From Mycobacterium sp. (GTDB lineage Bacteria; Actinomycetota; Actinomycetes; Mycobacteriales; Mycobacteriaceae): a stretch of 64,000 bases of DNA. A program made the position numbers and the translations under genes. Below are positions 8,943-20,907 of this stretch, one piece after another. The DNA lies in NCBI GenBank assembly GCA_050701835.1, contig JBOGDC010000003.1, positions 28,085 through 92,084 of the forward strand, given 5' to 3'. A model generated the notes under the pieces. The model made no database searches and was not told the origin of the DNA. It worked only from the letters and a program-made list of their open reading frames with translations. Every line of letters starts with the position of its first letter. Position 1 is the first letter of the stretch.

Positions 8943-9749
8943 TTACGCAGCTACGGCCGTCTCGGTCTGCGCAGGCTTGCGCCCAACCACCGTCGCGAAC
9001 CCAATACCGATGGTTGCCCACAAGATCGCCTGCGCGATGAACGAGTACAGCCTGAAGAGGTACAGATCCTGAGCCGGGAAGCTGGGAAACACGATGTTGC
9101 CCGCTGCGTCGAGTAGCGGCCCCGGCGTCTCAGCGATATTGGGGAGAATCAACATGATCAAGACCGTGACGATGATGAATGCCTTACCGGCGACGATATT
9201 CGCCGTCCAGTTCCCATAACGCGCGGCGAGTCTGCGGCTCAGCCAGATCGCCCCGACAAGTGCGGCTATCGAGATCACGACCATCAGGAGATACAGACCG
9301 GTGCGTTCCTTGATCGTCTCCTCGGCACTCGCAGCCGGCGGGTTGGGCGGGTACTTCAGGAACGGCGTGGCATAGAACGCCACAAACATGCCGCCGGAGA
9401 CCACCAGCGCCAGATTGCGCGCCGACAGGTTGCCCAGCCGCCCAATGCTCACCGTGTAGATCACGGCGAAGAGTGCACCCATGGCCAATCCGAACAGCAG
9501 CATTCCGAAGAACAGGCCCACGTTCTCTTGCACGGTGCGCGTAAACAGCTCCGCGCCCTCGTGACCGTGTTCGTGCATACCCGCAACCTCATCGAGTGCG
9601 TGCTGCGCCTCGCCACGGCCTTCTTCGTACCCGATTGCCCTGTTGATGACCGGTTCTACCGCAATCCGGCCGAAGACAAACGCCAGCACACCACCAAGAG
9701 CGCCAAACCCTAAGGCACGCAGAATTATCGAAGCTATTGACTTATTCAT
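8943..9749 (-). CDS. cbtA: Cobalt transporter subunit CbtA-like membrane protein
   Basis: Several TM helices and a His-rich loop (AGMHEHGHEGAE). It sits immediately downstream of a CbtB-like ORF and behind a cobalamin riboswitch. Confidence 0.8.
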   Translation of the reverse strand: MNKSIASIILRALGFGALGGVLAFVFGRIAVEPVINRAIGYEEGRGEAQHALDEVAGMHEHGHEGAELFTRTVQENVGLFFGMLLFGLAMGALFAVIYTVSIGRLGNLSARNLALVVSGGMFVAFYATPFLKYPPNPPAASAEETIKERTGLYLLMVVISIAALVGAIWLSRRLAARYGNWTANIVAGKAFIIVTVLIMLILPNIAETPGPLLDAAGNIVFPSFPAQDLYLFRLYSFIAQAILWATIGIGFATVVGRKPAQTETAVAA

Positions 9750-9767
9750 TGGTTAGTCCGCGACCTA

Positions 9768-9974
9768 TCAGTGGCAGGGGAAGCCGAGGAAGTGGCGGGC
9801 GTCGTGCACGAATTCATGTACGTGCATATCGCTACCGAAAACCGATACCGCGCCCTGATCGACTCCCACGAAGTAGTACGTGAGCAACGCCAAGAAGGTC
9901 GTGATGGTGAGCCACAGCGCCGCCTGCGACAAGGAGACTGCGACGGGAGTGCTGCCAGAGGAAATGTTGGCCAT
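9768..9974 (-). CDS. cbtB: Cobalt transporter subunit CbtB-like small membrane protein (68 aa)
   Basis: MANISSGSTPVAVSLSQAALWLTITTFLALLTYYFVGVDQGA...HVHEFVHDARHFLGFPCH has one TM helix plus a His-rich tail. ATG at 9972-9974 is preceded by AAGGAG. The rest of the 216-aa track ORF is riboswitch RNA. Confidence 0.75.
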   Translation of the reverse strand: MANISSGSTPVAVSLSQAALWLTITTFLALLTYYFVGVDQGAVSVFGSDMHVHEFVHDARHFLGFPCH

Positions 9975-9977
9975 GAT

Positions 9978-10112
9978 GCTCCTTCTCGGGATGCGCGTCC
10001 CGATCCGATCTGTCGACGGCGGGGTCTGACTCTTACAGTGGCGCGACCGTCCTGGGATTACACCAGGTTCCCGTCCTGTCGAAGGACGAATTGAGCCTAG
10101 TCGACGCAGCTG
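9978..10112 (-). promoter_or_regulatory. Cobalamin (B12) riboswitch in the cbtB-cbtA leader
   Basis: The reverse strand reads ACGGGAACCTGGTGTAATCCCAGGACGGTCGCGCCACTGTAAGAGTCAGACCCCGCC (core at 10019-10080), which matches the conserved cobalamin-riboswitch core including the GCCACTG B12 box. It is flanked by pairable GTCGAC segments, and a TCGGGA/TCCCGA hairpin abuts the RBS. Confidence 0.65.
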
Positions 10113-10144
10113 GGCCGCGCATTCGAGTGATAGTTTTGGTCTTG

Positions 10145-10340
10145 CATTGGTTTCTCCGAAAGCATCACGGGTGCCTTCGGAGATCGCAAGAGGGAATCCG
10201 GTGTAAACCCGGAGCTGCCCCGCAGCGGTAAGTGGAAACGACAGCGGCATTCCAAAGCACTGGGTTCTAGCCCGGGAAGCAGCCGCCGGTAGGTGAGGCG
10301 TGACGACCCTCGTGTCCGCGAGTCCGAAGACCTGCCAACG
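10145..10340 (+). promoter_or_regulatory. Cobalamin (B12) riboswitch in the leader of the ABC importer operon
   Basis: GGGTGCC...AGAGGGAATCCGGTGTAAACCCGGAGCTGCCCCGCAGCGGTAAGTGG...GCACTGGG...CCCGGGAAGC...GAGTCCGAAGACCTGCC matches the canonical cobalamin riboswitch consensus blocks. A CCGCACC/GGTGCGG hairpin follows at about 10344-10361. Confidence 0.8.
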
Positions 10341-10465
10341 TGACCGCACCGCCCGGTGCGGCCTTCGCCAGCACCGAGGGATCAGCTGGTGGGTAGCGCG
10401 CGTATCCGGCATATCCACTCTCGGCTCTGTCCCGCCCCCGTTGCAGGCGACCCGACGACGCAGGA

Positions 10466-11524
10466 ATGCCGATGCCCGCCGTACAGCACCGACGATCAGT
10501 GATACTTGCTGCGGTTGGGGGCCTAGCGACGCTGGCGGCCCTGTCCGTGATCGCGCTGGCCTTCGGTACCGCCGACGTACCCTGGCGCGACTGTCTGCGT
10601 TTCCTCTGGGTGGGCGGAACCGGCGGGTCCATCCAGGCCGCCGATGCCGCGAACTACCGGATCGTCATCGAGTCGAGGCTGCCGCGGGTAATTCTCGCGA
10701 TCCTCGTCGGCGCGGGGCTCAGCGTGGTCGGTGCGCTTGTGCAGGCGATGGTCCGCAATGCGCTGGCGGATCCTTACGTTCTCGGCATTTCATCGGGAGC
10801 CTCGGTCGGTGCGACCGCGGTGGTGGTCTACGGAGTGCTCGGCACTTTCGGCGCGTACGCGCTACCGCTGTCAGCCTCGCTTGGAGCCCTGATAGCAACC
10901 GCGCTGGTCTACCAGATCGCCCGTACTCCACAGGGTTTGGTGCCGCTGCGGCTGGTTCTAGTGGGCACGGCCGTCGGCTACGGGCTGTCCGCGGTGACGA
11001 CGGTGCTGGTATTCCTGGCACCCAACGGCGAGGCAGCGCGCAGTGTCATGTTCTGGCTACTCGGCAGCTTGGGGGCGTCGTCCTGGGACAAGGTGCCCGT
11101 GGCGCTCGCGGCCACCGCCATCGGGATCGCCTGTGTCGCTGGGCTGGCCCGTCATCTCAACGCCCTTTCCATGGGCGATGAGGTGAGCGCATCACTGGGT
11201 CTGCCCGCCGGGCGATTCCGGGTGGCGCTGTTCGTGCTGGCTGCCGCCATGACCGGCTGCTACGTATCCATCTGCGGAGCAATCGGATTCGTGGGGCTCG
11301 TGATTCCGCACGCGGCCAGGCTGCTGGTCGGCGCGGACCACCGACGAGTCATGATCGTCGCACCCGTGCTGGGCGCGTGCTTCCTGGTTGCCGCCGATCT
11401 CGTTGCGCGTACCGCGATTCCGCCACAAGAGCTTCCGCTTGGCGCGATCACCGCGGCCGTCGGAGTGCCGGTTTTCGTCGGATTGATGCGCCGCCGCGCG
11501 ATGTCGGCGGGGACGGTGGGCTGA
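10466..11524 (+). CDS. FecCD/BtuC-family ABC transporter permease
   Basis: 352 aa with about 9-10 TM helices. RLPRVILAILVGAGLSVVGALVQ...NALADPYVLGISSGAS is typical of FecCD-family permeases. Confidence 0.9.
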   Translation: MPMPAVQHRRSVILAAVGGLATLAALSVIALAFGTADVPWRDCLRFLWVGGTGGSIQAADAANYRIVIESRLPRVILAILVGAGLSVVGALVQAMVRNALADPYVLGISSGASVGATAVVVYGVLGTFGAYALPLSASLGALIATALVYQIARTPQGLVPLRLVLVGTAVGYGLSAVTTVLVFLAPNGEAARSVMFWLLGSLGASSWDKVPVALAATAIGIACVAGLARHLNALSMGDEVSASLGLPAGRFRVALFVLAAAMTGCYVSICGAIGFVGLVIPHAARLLVGADHRRVMIVAPVLGACFLVAADLVARTAIPPQELPLGAITAAVGVPVFVGLMRRRAMSAGTVG

Positions 11525-12300
11525 TGGAGGTCACCTATCGCAGCGTGTCGGTCGATATCGCGGGCGCACAGATCGTCACGGATATCGAACTGCACATTGC
11601 TTCGGGCGGTTTCGTGGGCATTGTCGGCCCCAATGGCAGCGGCAAATCGACCGCCCTGCGCTGCTTGTACCGTGCGCTCACGCCCGTCTCGGGCGATGTT
11701 CAGGTCAACGGCGTATCGGTGCGCGCGATCAGCATGCGGGAGAATGCCCGCCAGGTGGCGGCGCTTACCCAGGACATGTCCCTGGACTTCGACTTCACTG
11801 CCGCAGAAGTGGTGGGCACCGGCCGGTTACCGCACGGCACATCCCTGCGCGGCACCACAGCGCGGGACCGGCAGGTCTGCGCGGAGGCCATGGAGACGGC
11901 CGATGTGACCGCGCTTGCCGGCCGCGGGTTCAGCTCCCTTTCTGGTGGCGAACGGCAGCGGGTTCTCATCGCCCGCGCACTGGCCCAACAGCCTCGCGTG
12001 CTGGTACTCGACGAGCCGACCAACCATCTGGACGTGCATCATCAGTACTCAATACTCAGTTCAGCTCGTGCCCTGGGTATTACGGTGATCGCGGCGCTTC
12101 ACGATCTCAACCTCGCGGCGCAATACTGCGACACCATCCACGTCATGGCGGAGGGCCGCGTCGCGCAGTCGGGAACACCACACGAAGTCATCACCGCCGA
12201 GACCATTGCCCGCTGGTTCGGCATCGGCTGTCACGTCATCGCGCATCCGCGAAGCGGAGTCCCACAGGTCATTTTCGACACACAGGAGAAGACGGAATGA
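11524..12300 (+). CDS. ABC transporter ATP-binding protein (FepC/BtuD-like)
   Basis: Walker A GPNGSGKST, signature LSGGERQRV, and Walker B VLVLDEPTNHLD. The ATG overlaps the permease stop (ATGA at 11521-11526). The track ORF start at 11377 is an upstream extension. Confidence 0.9.
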   Translation: MEVTYRSVSVDIAGAQIVTDIELHIASGGFVGIVGPNGSGKSTALRCLYRALTPVSGDVQVNGVSVRAISMRENARQVAALTQDMSLDFDFTAAEVVGTGRLPHGTSLRGTTARDRQVCAEAMETADVTALAGRGFSSLSGGERQRVLIARALAQQPRVLVLDEPTNHLDVHHQYSILSSARALGITVIAALHDLNLAAQYCDTIHVMAEGRVAQSGTPHEVITAETIARWFGIGCHVIAHPRSGVPQVIFDTQEKTE

Positions 12301-13286
12301 AGATGTACGCGATGGCGCTCGCCATGTCGCTACTCATCGCCGGTTGCGCGAACATTGAGGCGCAGGCCCCCGGTACCGAGAACGTGTCAGTCGATAATTG
12401 CTCTGCCCCGCTTAATGTTCCGATCCCAGTAACCCGCGCCATCAGTAACGACACCGGAGTCACCGAGCTGCTGTTCGCGCTGGGGCTCCAGGATCGGATG
12501 GCCGGCTACTTCATGGATGCCGGACAAGACCGCGATGTACGAAACTCGCCGTGGAAGGCACAGTTCGAGTCCACTCCCAACCTCGGCCAGGGATTTACCC
12601 GCGAAGCGGTGCAGGCGGCACGCCCGGATCTCGTATTCGCTGGGTGGAGTTACGGATTCAACGAAACCTCGGGGCTGACGCCGGATTGGGTGCGCTCCAT
12701 CGGCGCGGTGCCCTATCAGCTGACCGAGGCATGCCGTCAGCCCGGAACCGTGCGGCGCGGGATCGAACCCCCACTGGACGCCCTGTACGAGGATCTGACC
12801 AACCTGGGAACCATTTTCGGCGTTCAGGATCGCGCCCGAGATTTGGTCGCCACCTACCGCACGGCCATCGACATGGTGCAATCGCATGTTCCCCGGGGAC
12901 AGGCGCCCGCCCGGGTGTTCCTGTACGACAGCGGAGAGGCCGAGCCGTTCACATCGGGCAAGAATGCAGCACCACAACAGATCATCGAGAAGGCCGGCGG
13001 CCGGAACATCTTCTCCGATCTCGACGACAGCTGGACCACCGCCGCCTGGGAGACCGCCGCCCAGCGTGACCCAGAGGTGATCGTCATCTGCGATTACGGA
13101 GTGGGACCGAACAACACCGCCGACGCGAAGATCAACCTTCTCAAGGCTCAACCGCTCATGAAGCACACACGAGCGGTGCGTGACGGGAATTTCATCGTGC
13201 TGCCGTATGCCGCGCTGGTCGAGGGGCCACGCAATCCGGATGCCATCGTCACGGTGGCAAACTATCTGCGCGACAAGGGATTCTGA
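12297..13286 (+). CDS. Lipoprotein, periplasmic-binding-protein (BtuF/FhuD-type) substrate-binding component
   Basis: Lipobox LIAGC. The start overlaps the ATPase stop, and the size and operon position fit a class III substrate-binding protein. Confidence 0.85.
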   Translation: MKMYAMALAMSLLIAGCANIEAQAPGTENVSVDNCSAPLNVPIPVTRAISNDTGVTELLFALGLQDRMAGYFMDAGQDRDVRNSPWKAQFESTPNLGQGFTREAVQAARPDLVFAGWSYGFNETSGLTPDWVRSIGAVPYQLTEACRQPGTVRRGIEPPLDALYEDLTNLGTIFGVQDRARDLVATYRTAIDMVQSHVPRGQAPARVFLYDSGEAEPFTSGKNAAPQQIIEKAGGRNIFSDLDDSWTTAAWETAAQRDPEVIVICDYGVGPNNTADAKINLLKAQPLMKHTRAVRDGNFIVLPYAALVEGPRNPDAIVTVANYLRDKGF

Positions 13287-13307
13287 GCCTGAGCATAGGG
13301 TGGCGAG

Positions 13308-14174
13308 ATGAGCTCCCCTGTCTCCCTCGGCCTGATGGTGCCGCCGTCGCTCCCACCGGAGCGGCTGCCTGAGATCGCCCGCGCGGCCGATGCTGCCGGA
13401 CTCGACCAGCTGTGGGTCTGCGAGGACTGCTTCGCCACCACGTCGATCGCCTACGCGTCCCTGGCCCTCGCTGCAACCGACCGAATCAGAGTGGGCACAG
13501 GTTTCCTCTCCGCGCCGGTGCGCAATGTCGTGACGGCGGCGATGGATTACAGCGTCCTGGCCCGTACCTTCCCCGGCAGGGTGCTGCCGGGAATCGGGCA
13601 CGGCTGGCAGCCACATATGGCACAGATCGGCGCCAAGGTCAGCTCACCGTTGACCCTGCTCGAGGAGTACGTGACTGCACTGCGAGATCTGTTGGCAGGC
13701 AAGGAAGTCAGTGTCGCCGGGCGATATGTGCGGCTGGACCGAGTGCGGCTCGAGTGGCCGCCAGCCGAACGATTGCCCATCATGGTGGGCGCCAACGGTC
13801 CCAAATCGCTGCGCCTAGCGGGTCTACTAGGTGACGGCACATTGCTGACCAGCATGGTCTCGGCCGACACTGTTGCCGCCCACTGTGCGCTGATCGACCC
13901 CAAGCCGGGCCACCGGATTTTCCTGAGTCGCACCATTAGTGTCGGCCCCGACGCGGCCGGAATCATCGCGACCGATCCCGGCCACTACCCCGGCATCTCG
14001 TTCGATCCCTCGGCGAGTGTCGGCGGAAACGCCACTGAGGTGGCCAATCAGCTTCTCGCGCTGCGCGAGTTCGGTGTCACCGATTTCATCGCGTCACCGA
14101 CCGGAAACGAGCCCGACCTCATCGACTACATCCACAGCCTCGGCCACGACGTCATGCCGCTGCTGCACTCGTGA
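13308..14174 (+). CDS. LLM-class (luciferase-like) F420-dependent oxidoreductase
   Basis: 288 aa. LDQLWVCEDCF...GTGFLSAPVRN...MVGANGPKSLRLAGLLGDG is typical of the LLM class F420 subgroup. Confidence 0.8.
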   Translation: MSSPVSLGLMVPPSLPPERLPEIARAADAAGLDQLWVCEDCFATTSIAYASLALAATDRIRVGTGFLSAPVRNVVTAAMDYSVLARTFPGRVLPGIGHGWQPHMAQIGAKVSSPLTLLEEYVTALRDLLAGKEVSVAGRYVRLDRVRLEWPPAERLPIMVGANGPKSLRLAGLLGDGTLLTSMVSADTVAAHCALIDPKPGHRIFLSRTISVGPDAAGIIATDPGHYPGISFDPSASVGGNATEVANQLLALREFGVTDFIASPTGNEPDLIDYIHSLGHDVMPLLHS

Positions 14175-14191
14175 AGCAAGGGATTCTGAAC

Positions 14192-14662
14192 CTAGTCACC
14201 GTCTCCCGCCAATTCTTTGCCCCAGACCGCCTTAGCCCCGGAATCTCCGATCCGGATGACACCGACGATTGATACGACACCGAGCACCAACACGAGTGCC
14301 GCGACAGTCAGGTGTGGCCCAAGCCGTTTCGGTGACAAGTCCAGCCGATGGGCAATGGCCAGCACGATCGCTCCCAAGACCAGCGCACCGGAGAACACCA
14401 GCATCCAATCGCCACGTTGGGCGTGGGTCTGCAGAATCTCGCTGGGATGCTTCTCTCGATCGAACAGCCACTCCCCGGCAGATGTGGTGAGCGGTGTGAG
14501 TATCAGCGTGACGACCGATAGCGACGCCACCAACCACACCAGCCGCGACCGGACCGCGACGGAAAACCCGCACAGGATCTCCAAGATCGCCGTCAGCGGA
14601 GCAAGCACGACAACGAAATGCACCAACAGCACGTGTGCAGGCAGCCCGCTGAGCGTGTTCAT
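14192..14662 (-). CDS. DUF2231-like small polytopic membrane protein
   Basis: 156 aa with four predicted TM helices. HVLLVHFVVVLAPL at the N-terminus resembles DUF2231. Confidence 0.6.
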   Translation of the reverse strand: MNTLSGLPAHVLLVHFVVVLAPLTAILEILCGFSVAVRSRLVWLVASLSVVTLILTPLTTSAGEWLFDREKHPSEILQTHAQRGDWMLVFSGALVLGAIVLAIAHRLDLSPKRLGPHLTVAALVLVLGVVSIVGVIRIGDSGAKAVWGKELAGDGD

Positions 14663-14696
14663 GCGGCGACACTACTGCGGCGAAGCGGCCGGTGGC

Positions 14697-14744
14697 CGAA
14701 AATACCGAACGCCCGGCTGCCGTAACAACGACAACCGGGCGTTC
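14697..14744 (-). terminator. Intrinsic terminator downstream of clpC1
   Basis: Perfect 10-bp stem GAACGCCCGG/CCGGGCGTTC (14707-14716 and 14735-14744), 11 nt after the clpC1 stop. On the transcribed strand it is followed by GGUAUUUUCGG. Confidence 0.55.
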
Positions 14745-14754
14745 TATCGATTGA

Positions 14755-17292
<2,538 letters not shown>

Positions 17293-17593
17293 CGGTCTCC
17301 CTCGCTTCCTCGTCCGGTCGTTGCGCAAGCGGCTCAACGTGCCGCTCGGGGCTCCCCCCAAACGGCTCATCTCCGCTGGCACTCCGACCTAATTGCCACT
17401 CTAGTGGTCGGCCGTAGTCGATGCGGAGTTCGCATACCTGGAGATACCTCCGGAGATACCGGAGGAACCTTCCTCATATACGAAATCACCGCACCCGGCG
17501 GTGCTTGTTAGGCAACCGAACAACGCCAGATGCGGTGAAAACGTTTCCGATTTTGACCCGGCTTCGCCGTAAGCGAAATACGGGAGGAATGTA

Positions 17594-17938
17594 CTAGTTG
17601 GCAGCGTTGAAGGAATCGACAACCTCAGCGGGAATACGGCCTCGTGACGACACGTTGTGGCCGTTCTTGCGCGCCCACTCCCGGATCGCTGCGCTCTGTT
17701 CACGGTCGATGCTGGCACGTCCGCGACCCGATCCTGAGCTCCCCCGCCCACGACGACGGCCGCTGACACGGCGAGCGTGCTCGACCCACGTGGTGAGCTG
17801 ATTACGCAGCTTCTCCGCATTCTTAGAAGAAAGGTCGATCTCGTAAGTCACGCCATCAATACCGAATTCAACGGTTTCGTCGGCAGGCGCTTCGCCATCG
17901 ACATCGTCGACAAGCGTTACCGTGACCTTCTTAGCCAT
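17594..17938 (-). CDS. lsr2: Nucleoid-associated protein Lsr2 (H-NS-like)
   Basis: [48 protein letters not shown]...[33 protein letters not shown] is an unmistakable Lsr2 sequence with the RGR AT-hook. Confidence 0.95.
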   Translation of the reverse strand: MAKKVTVTLVDDVDGEAPADETVEFGIDGVTYEIDLSSKNAEKLRNQLTTWVEHARRVSGRRRGRGSSGSGRGRASIDREQSAAIREWARKNGHNVSSRGRIPAEVVDSFNAAN

Positions 17939-18100
17939 TCCCTTAGTCCTTCCAAATGCGGAACCCCCGTTGGTCCACCTCAAACATGCCACGGATTGCC
18001 GCAAAGTTCAACATACCCGCAAGGCTGTGCGTGTTCCGCTCAAAGCAAGCGTTTCACTACACTCATAGTTGAAAAATGCGGGAAAATTCGGACGCCTAGA

Positions 18101-19630
18101 TCAGAGTGTGGGCCGGACAATCGGGAACAAGATCGTCTCTCGAATTCCGAAACCGGTAAGAGCCATCAACAATCGGTCGATACCCATACCGGTCCCCGCG
18201 GCGGGAGGCATCGCATACTCCATGGCAGCGAGGAAGTCCTCATCGAGGCTCATGGCTTCGTCATCGCCGGCAGCAGCCAATCGTGCCTGGTCAACAAATC
18301 TTTCTCGCTGGATCACCGGGTCGATCAACTCCGAGTAGCCGGTCGCCAATTCAAACCCACGGATATACAGATCCCACTTCTCGGTCACTCCCGCGGTACT
18401 CCGATGCTGTCGAGTCAACGGAGCCGTCTCGACGGGGAAATCCCTAACAAACGTCGGTGTGTACATTTTGTCTCCGACCTGGTGCTCCCACAGTTCCTCG
18501 ACGAGTTTTCCGTGACCAAAACCACGATCGGTAGGAATCTCAGCGCCCACCCGATCCGCGATCTTCCATAGCGTGGCAACCGGAGTTTCGGGCGTGATCT
18601 CCTCACCAAGCGCATCCGACAACGACGGATACATTTCCAGCGTCGTCCACTGACCGTCCAAGTCATAGGTTGATCCATCGGGCAACGTCACCTGCCGGGT
18701 ACCCATTGCATCGTCCGCTACCTCTTGGATGAGCTCACGGATCATTGTGGCGGCGGTATCGTACGTGCCATAGGTCTCATATGTTTCAAGCATCACAAAT
18801 TCAGGAGAATGCGTAGAGTCCGCTCCTTCATTTCGAAAAACTCGATTGAGTTCGAAAATCTTGTCGAAGCCGCCAACGAGCGCCCTTTTCAGGAAAAGTT
18901 CCGGTGCAATACGGAGAAACAGGTCGATATCGAGCGCGTTGGAATGCGTAACGAACGGCCGCGCAGCAGCACCTCCGGCGAGGGTCTGCAAGATGGGGGT
19001 CTCCAACTCCAAGAAGCCACGCCGATGCATCGCGTCGCGAATCGCCCTCATCACCGCGACCCGTTGCCGCGCGATCTGGCGCGCCTCTGGCCGCACGATG
19101 AGGTCCACGTACCGCTGGCGCACTCTGGTCTCTTCTGACATCTCCTTGTGAGCAACGGGCAGCGGACGGAGAGACTTCGACGCCATCTGCCAACTGTCGG
19201 CCAGGACGCTCAGCTCACCGCGACGCGAGCTGATGACCTCTCCACGCACGAACACGATGTCGCCAAGATCCACATCCGTCTTCCAATCGGCGAGGGCCTG
19301 CTCCCCGACCCCGGCGAGGCTGATCATCACCTGCAGGGGGGTGCCATCACCGTCCTGCAGCGTCGCGAAGCACAGCTTGCCCGTATTGCGGGAGAAGATG
19401 ACGCGACCTGAAACACCCACCTGGTCACCGGTGCTGGTGTCGGTTTCCAGATCCACGTAGGCGTCACGAATCTGCTTGAGGCTATGGGTGCGGGGCACCT
19501 CCACCGGATACGGCTGGGTGCCTTCAGCGAGAAGCTTCTCGCGCTTGGCCTGACGGATGCGAAATTGTTCCGGCAAGCTGGTCTGCGCGTCAGGATCAGT
19601 CACGTCTCGGCAGCTTAGCCGTACTACCAC
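18101..19630 (-). CDS. lysS: Lysyl-tRNA synthetase (class II)
   Basis: OB-fold anticodon-binding region and class II motifs ([24 protein letters not shown]). Confidence 0.95.
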   Translation of the reverse strand: MVVRLSCRDVTDPDAQTSLPEQFRIRQAKREKLLAEGTQPYPVEVPRTHSLKQIRDAYVDLETDTSTGDQVGVSGRVIFSRNTGKLCFATLQDGDGTPLQVMISLAGVGEQALADWKTDVDLGDIVFVRGEVISSRRGELSVLADSWQMASKSLRPLPVAHKEMSEETRVRQRYVDLIVRPEARQIARQRVAVMRAIRDAMHRRGFLELETPILQTLAGGAAARPFVTHSNALDIDLFLRIAPELFLKRALVGGFDKIFELNRVFRNEGADSTHSPEFVMLETYETYGTYDTAATMIRELIQEVADDAMGTRQVTLPDGSTYDLDGQWTTLEMYPSLSDALGEEITPETPVATLWKIADRVGAEIPTDRGFGHGKLVEELWEHQVGDKMYTPTFVRDFPVETAPLTRQHRSTAGVTEKWDLYIRGFELATGYSELIDPVIQRERFVDQARLAAAGDDEAMSLDEDFLAAMEYAMPPAAGTGMGIDRLLMALTGFGIRETILFPIVRPTL

Positions 19631-19666
19631 GCTCCGACTGATTTGCCGATTCGGACGTGTGGATAC

Positions 19667-20482
19667 CTATTTCGCCGTGCGGGTCTTGCCGCGCTGGTCA
19701 GCTCGGTTGCGCTCGTACACCAGCCGTAAGCCGTCGAGTGTGAGGTGCTCTTCATAACGGTCCACGGCGTGTATCTCGGGAAGAATCAGTGGCGCGGTGT
19801 GACCGGTCGCGACCACCGTCACGCCCGCACCACTGAAACCATCGATATCGCGGCGCACCCGCTCCACCAAACCGTTCACCAGGCCGGCGAATCCGAATAC
19901 GGCCCCCGATTGCATGCATTCCACAGTGTTCTTACCGACCACCGAGCGTGGGCGGGTCAGCTCCACGCGCCGCAGAGCGGCGCTGCGGGCGGCCGCGGCA
20001 TCGGAGGACACCTGCACGCCCGGAGCGATCGCACCCCCCAGGAACTCCCCCTTAGCCGACACCACATCCACACAGATCGACGATCCGAAATCCACCACGA
20101 TGCATGCGGAACCGAACTTATGATGCGCAGCAAGGCAATTGACGATCCGGTCGGCACCGACCTCCTTGGGGTTGTCGACCAGTAGCGGGAGGCCGGTGCG
20201 TACCCCTGGTTCGATGAGAACCTGCGGAACCGAAGACCAGTACTGGTCGAACATCCCGCGCATTTCATGCAGCACAGATGGCACGGTGGAAAGCGCCGCA
20301 ACCCCGGTCAACGTCTCGCTGTCATCGCCTATCAGGCCGTCGATAGTCAGTGCCAGCTCGTCGGCGGTGATCTCGGTTTCCGTACGGATCCGCCAGTGCT
20401 GAACCACCTTGGCGTGCTCACCAGCGCCGGCCACCAGCCCCAGCACTGTGTGGGTGTTGCGTACGTCGATTGCCAGCAGCAC
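19667..20482 (-). CDS. coaX: Type III pantothenate kinase
   Basis: [16 protein letters not shown]..., [11 protein letters not shown], and GGAIAPG motifs. Confidence 0.9.
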   Translation of the reverse strand: MLLAIDVRNTHTVLGLVAGAGEHAKVVQHWRIRTETEITADELALTIDGLIGDDSETLTGVAALSTVPSVLHEMRGMFDQYWSSVPQVLIEPGVRTGLPLLVDNPKEVGADRIVNCLAAHHKFGSACIVVDFGSSICVDVVSAKGEFLGGAIAPGVQVSSDAAAARSAALRRVELTRPRSVVGKNTVECMQSGAVFGFAGLVNGLVERVRRDIDGFSGAGVTVVATGHTAPLILPEIHAVDRYEEHLTLDGLRLVYERNRADQRGKTRTAK

Positions 20483-20484
20483 GG

Positions 20485-20907
20485 CTACACCAGACCGCGC
20501 GGCGACACCAAGCCGAAGTTCTCGGGCACGTAGGCCGGGTCATCGGAGTGCTCGCCCAGTTCAACCCGCTTGTTGTCCGAGTCCACGAACACCACCCGCG
20601 GCGAGAAGACGCGGGCCTCCTCGTCGCTCATCACACCGTAGGCGATGATGATCACCAAGTCTCCCGGGTGCACCAGATGTGCTGCGGCACCATTGATCCC
20701 GATGACGCCACTGCCACGGGTGCCCGTGATCGCGTACGTCTCCAACCGGGCACCGTTATCGACATCGACAATGGTGACCTGTTCGCCCTCCAGCAGGTCC
20801 GCGGCCTCCATGAGATCGGGATCGATGGTGACGGAACCGACGTAGTGCAGATCGGCGTGCGTCACGGTGGCCCGATGGATCTTTGACTTCATCATCGTGC
20901 GGAACAT
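20485..20907 (-). CDS. panD: Aspartate 1-decarboxylase
   Basis: [29 protein letters not shown] includes the GS self-cleavage site. The start overlaps the panC stop. Confidence 0.93.
   Translation of the reverse strand: MFRTMMKSKIHRATVTHADLHYVGSVTIDPDLMEAADLLEGEQVTIVDVDNGARLETYAITGTRGSGVIGINGAAAHLVHPGDLVIIIAYGVMSDEEARVFSPRVVFVDSDNKRVELGEHSDDPAYVPENFGLVSPRGLV

Noticed and set aside
9975-10418. Upstream 148 aa of the 216-aa ORF that ends as CbtB
   Set aside because: This stretch coincides with the two cobalamin riboswitch sequences. CbtB-like proteins are about 60-70 aa, and a good RBS precedes the internal ATG at 9974.
12387-13616. 409-aa reverse-strand ORF
   Set aside because: It is antisense to the substrate-binding lipoprotein and the LLM oxidoreductase, both of which have clear signatures. 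It looks like a typical GC-rich shadow frame.
17421-17435. Palindrome ATGCG-N5-CGCAT in the clpC1 upstream region, considered as a ClgR operator
   Set aside because: The ClgR consensus as I recall it is CGC-N5-GCG. This site reads GCG-N5-CGC on both strands, so the half-site polarity does not match. A single short palindrome is insufficient evidence.
17447-17465. Perfect 7-bp hairpin CCTCCGG-agata-CCGGAGG between lsr2 and clpC1
   Set aside because: It has no U-tract, so it is not a convincing lsr2 terminator. It lies about 155 nt from the clpC1 start, so it does not sequester the RBS. The arm identity with the TerC-leader hairpin is probably a coincidence of SD/anti-SD-like GC-rich heptamers. 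A nearby CACCGC/GCGGTG stem (17487-17503) followed by AUUUCGUAUAU is a weak terminator candidate that I could not support further.
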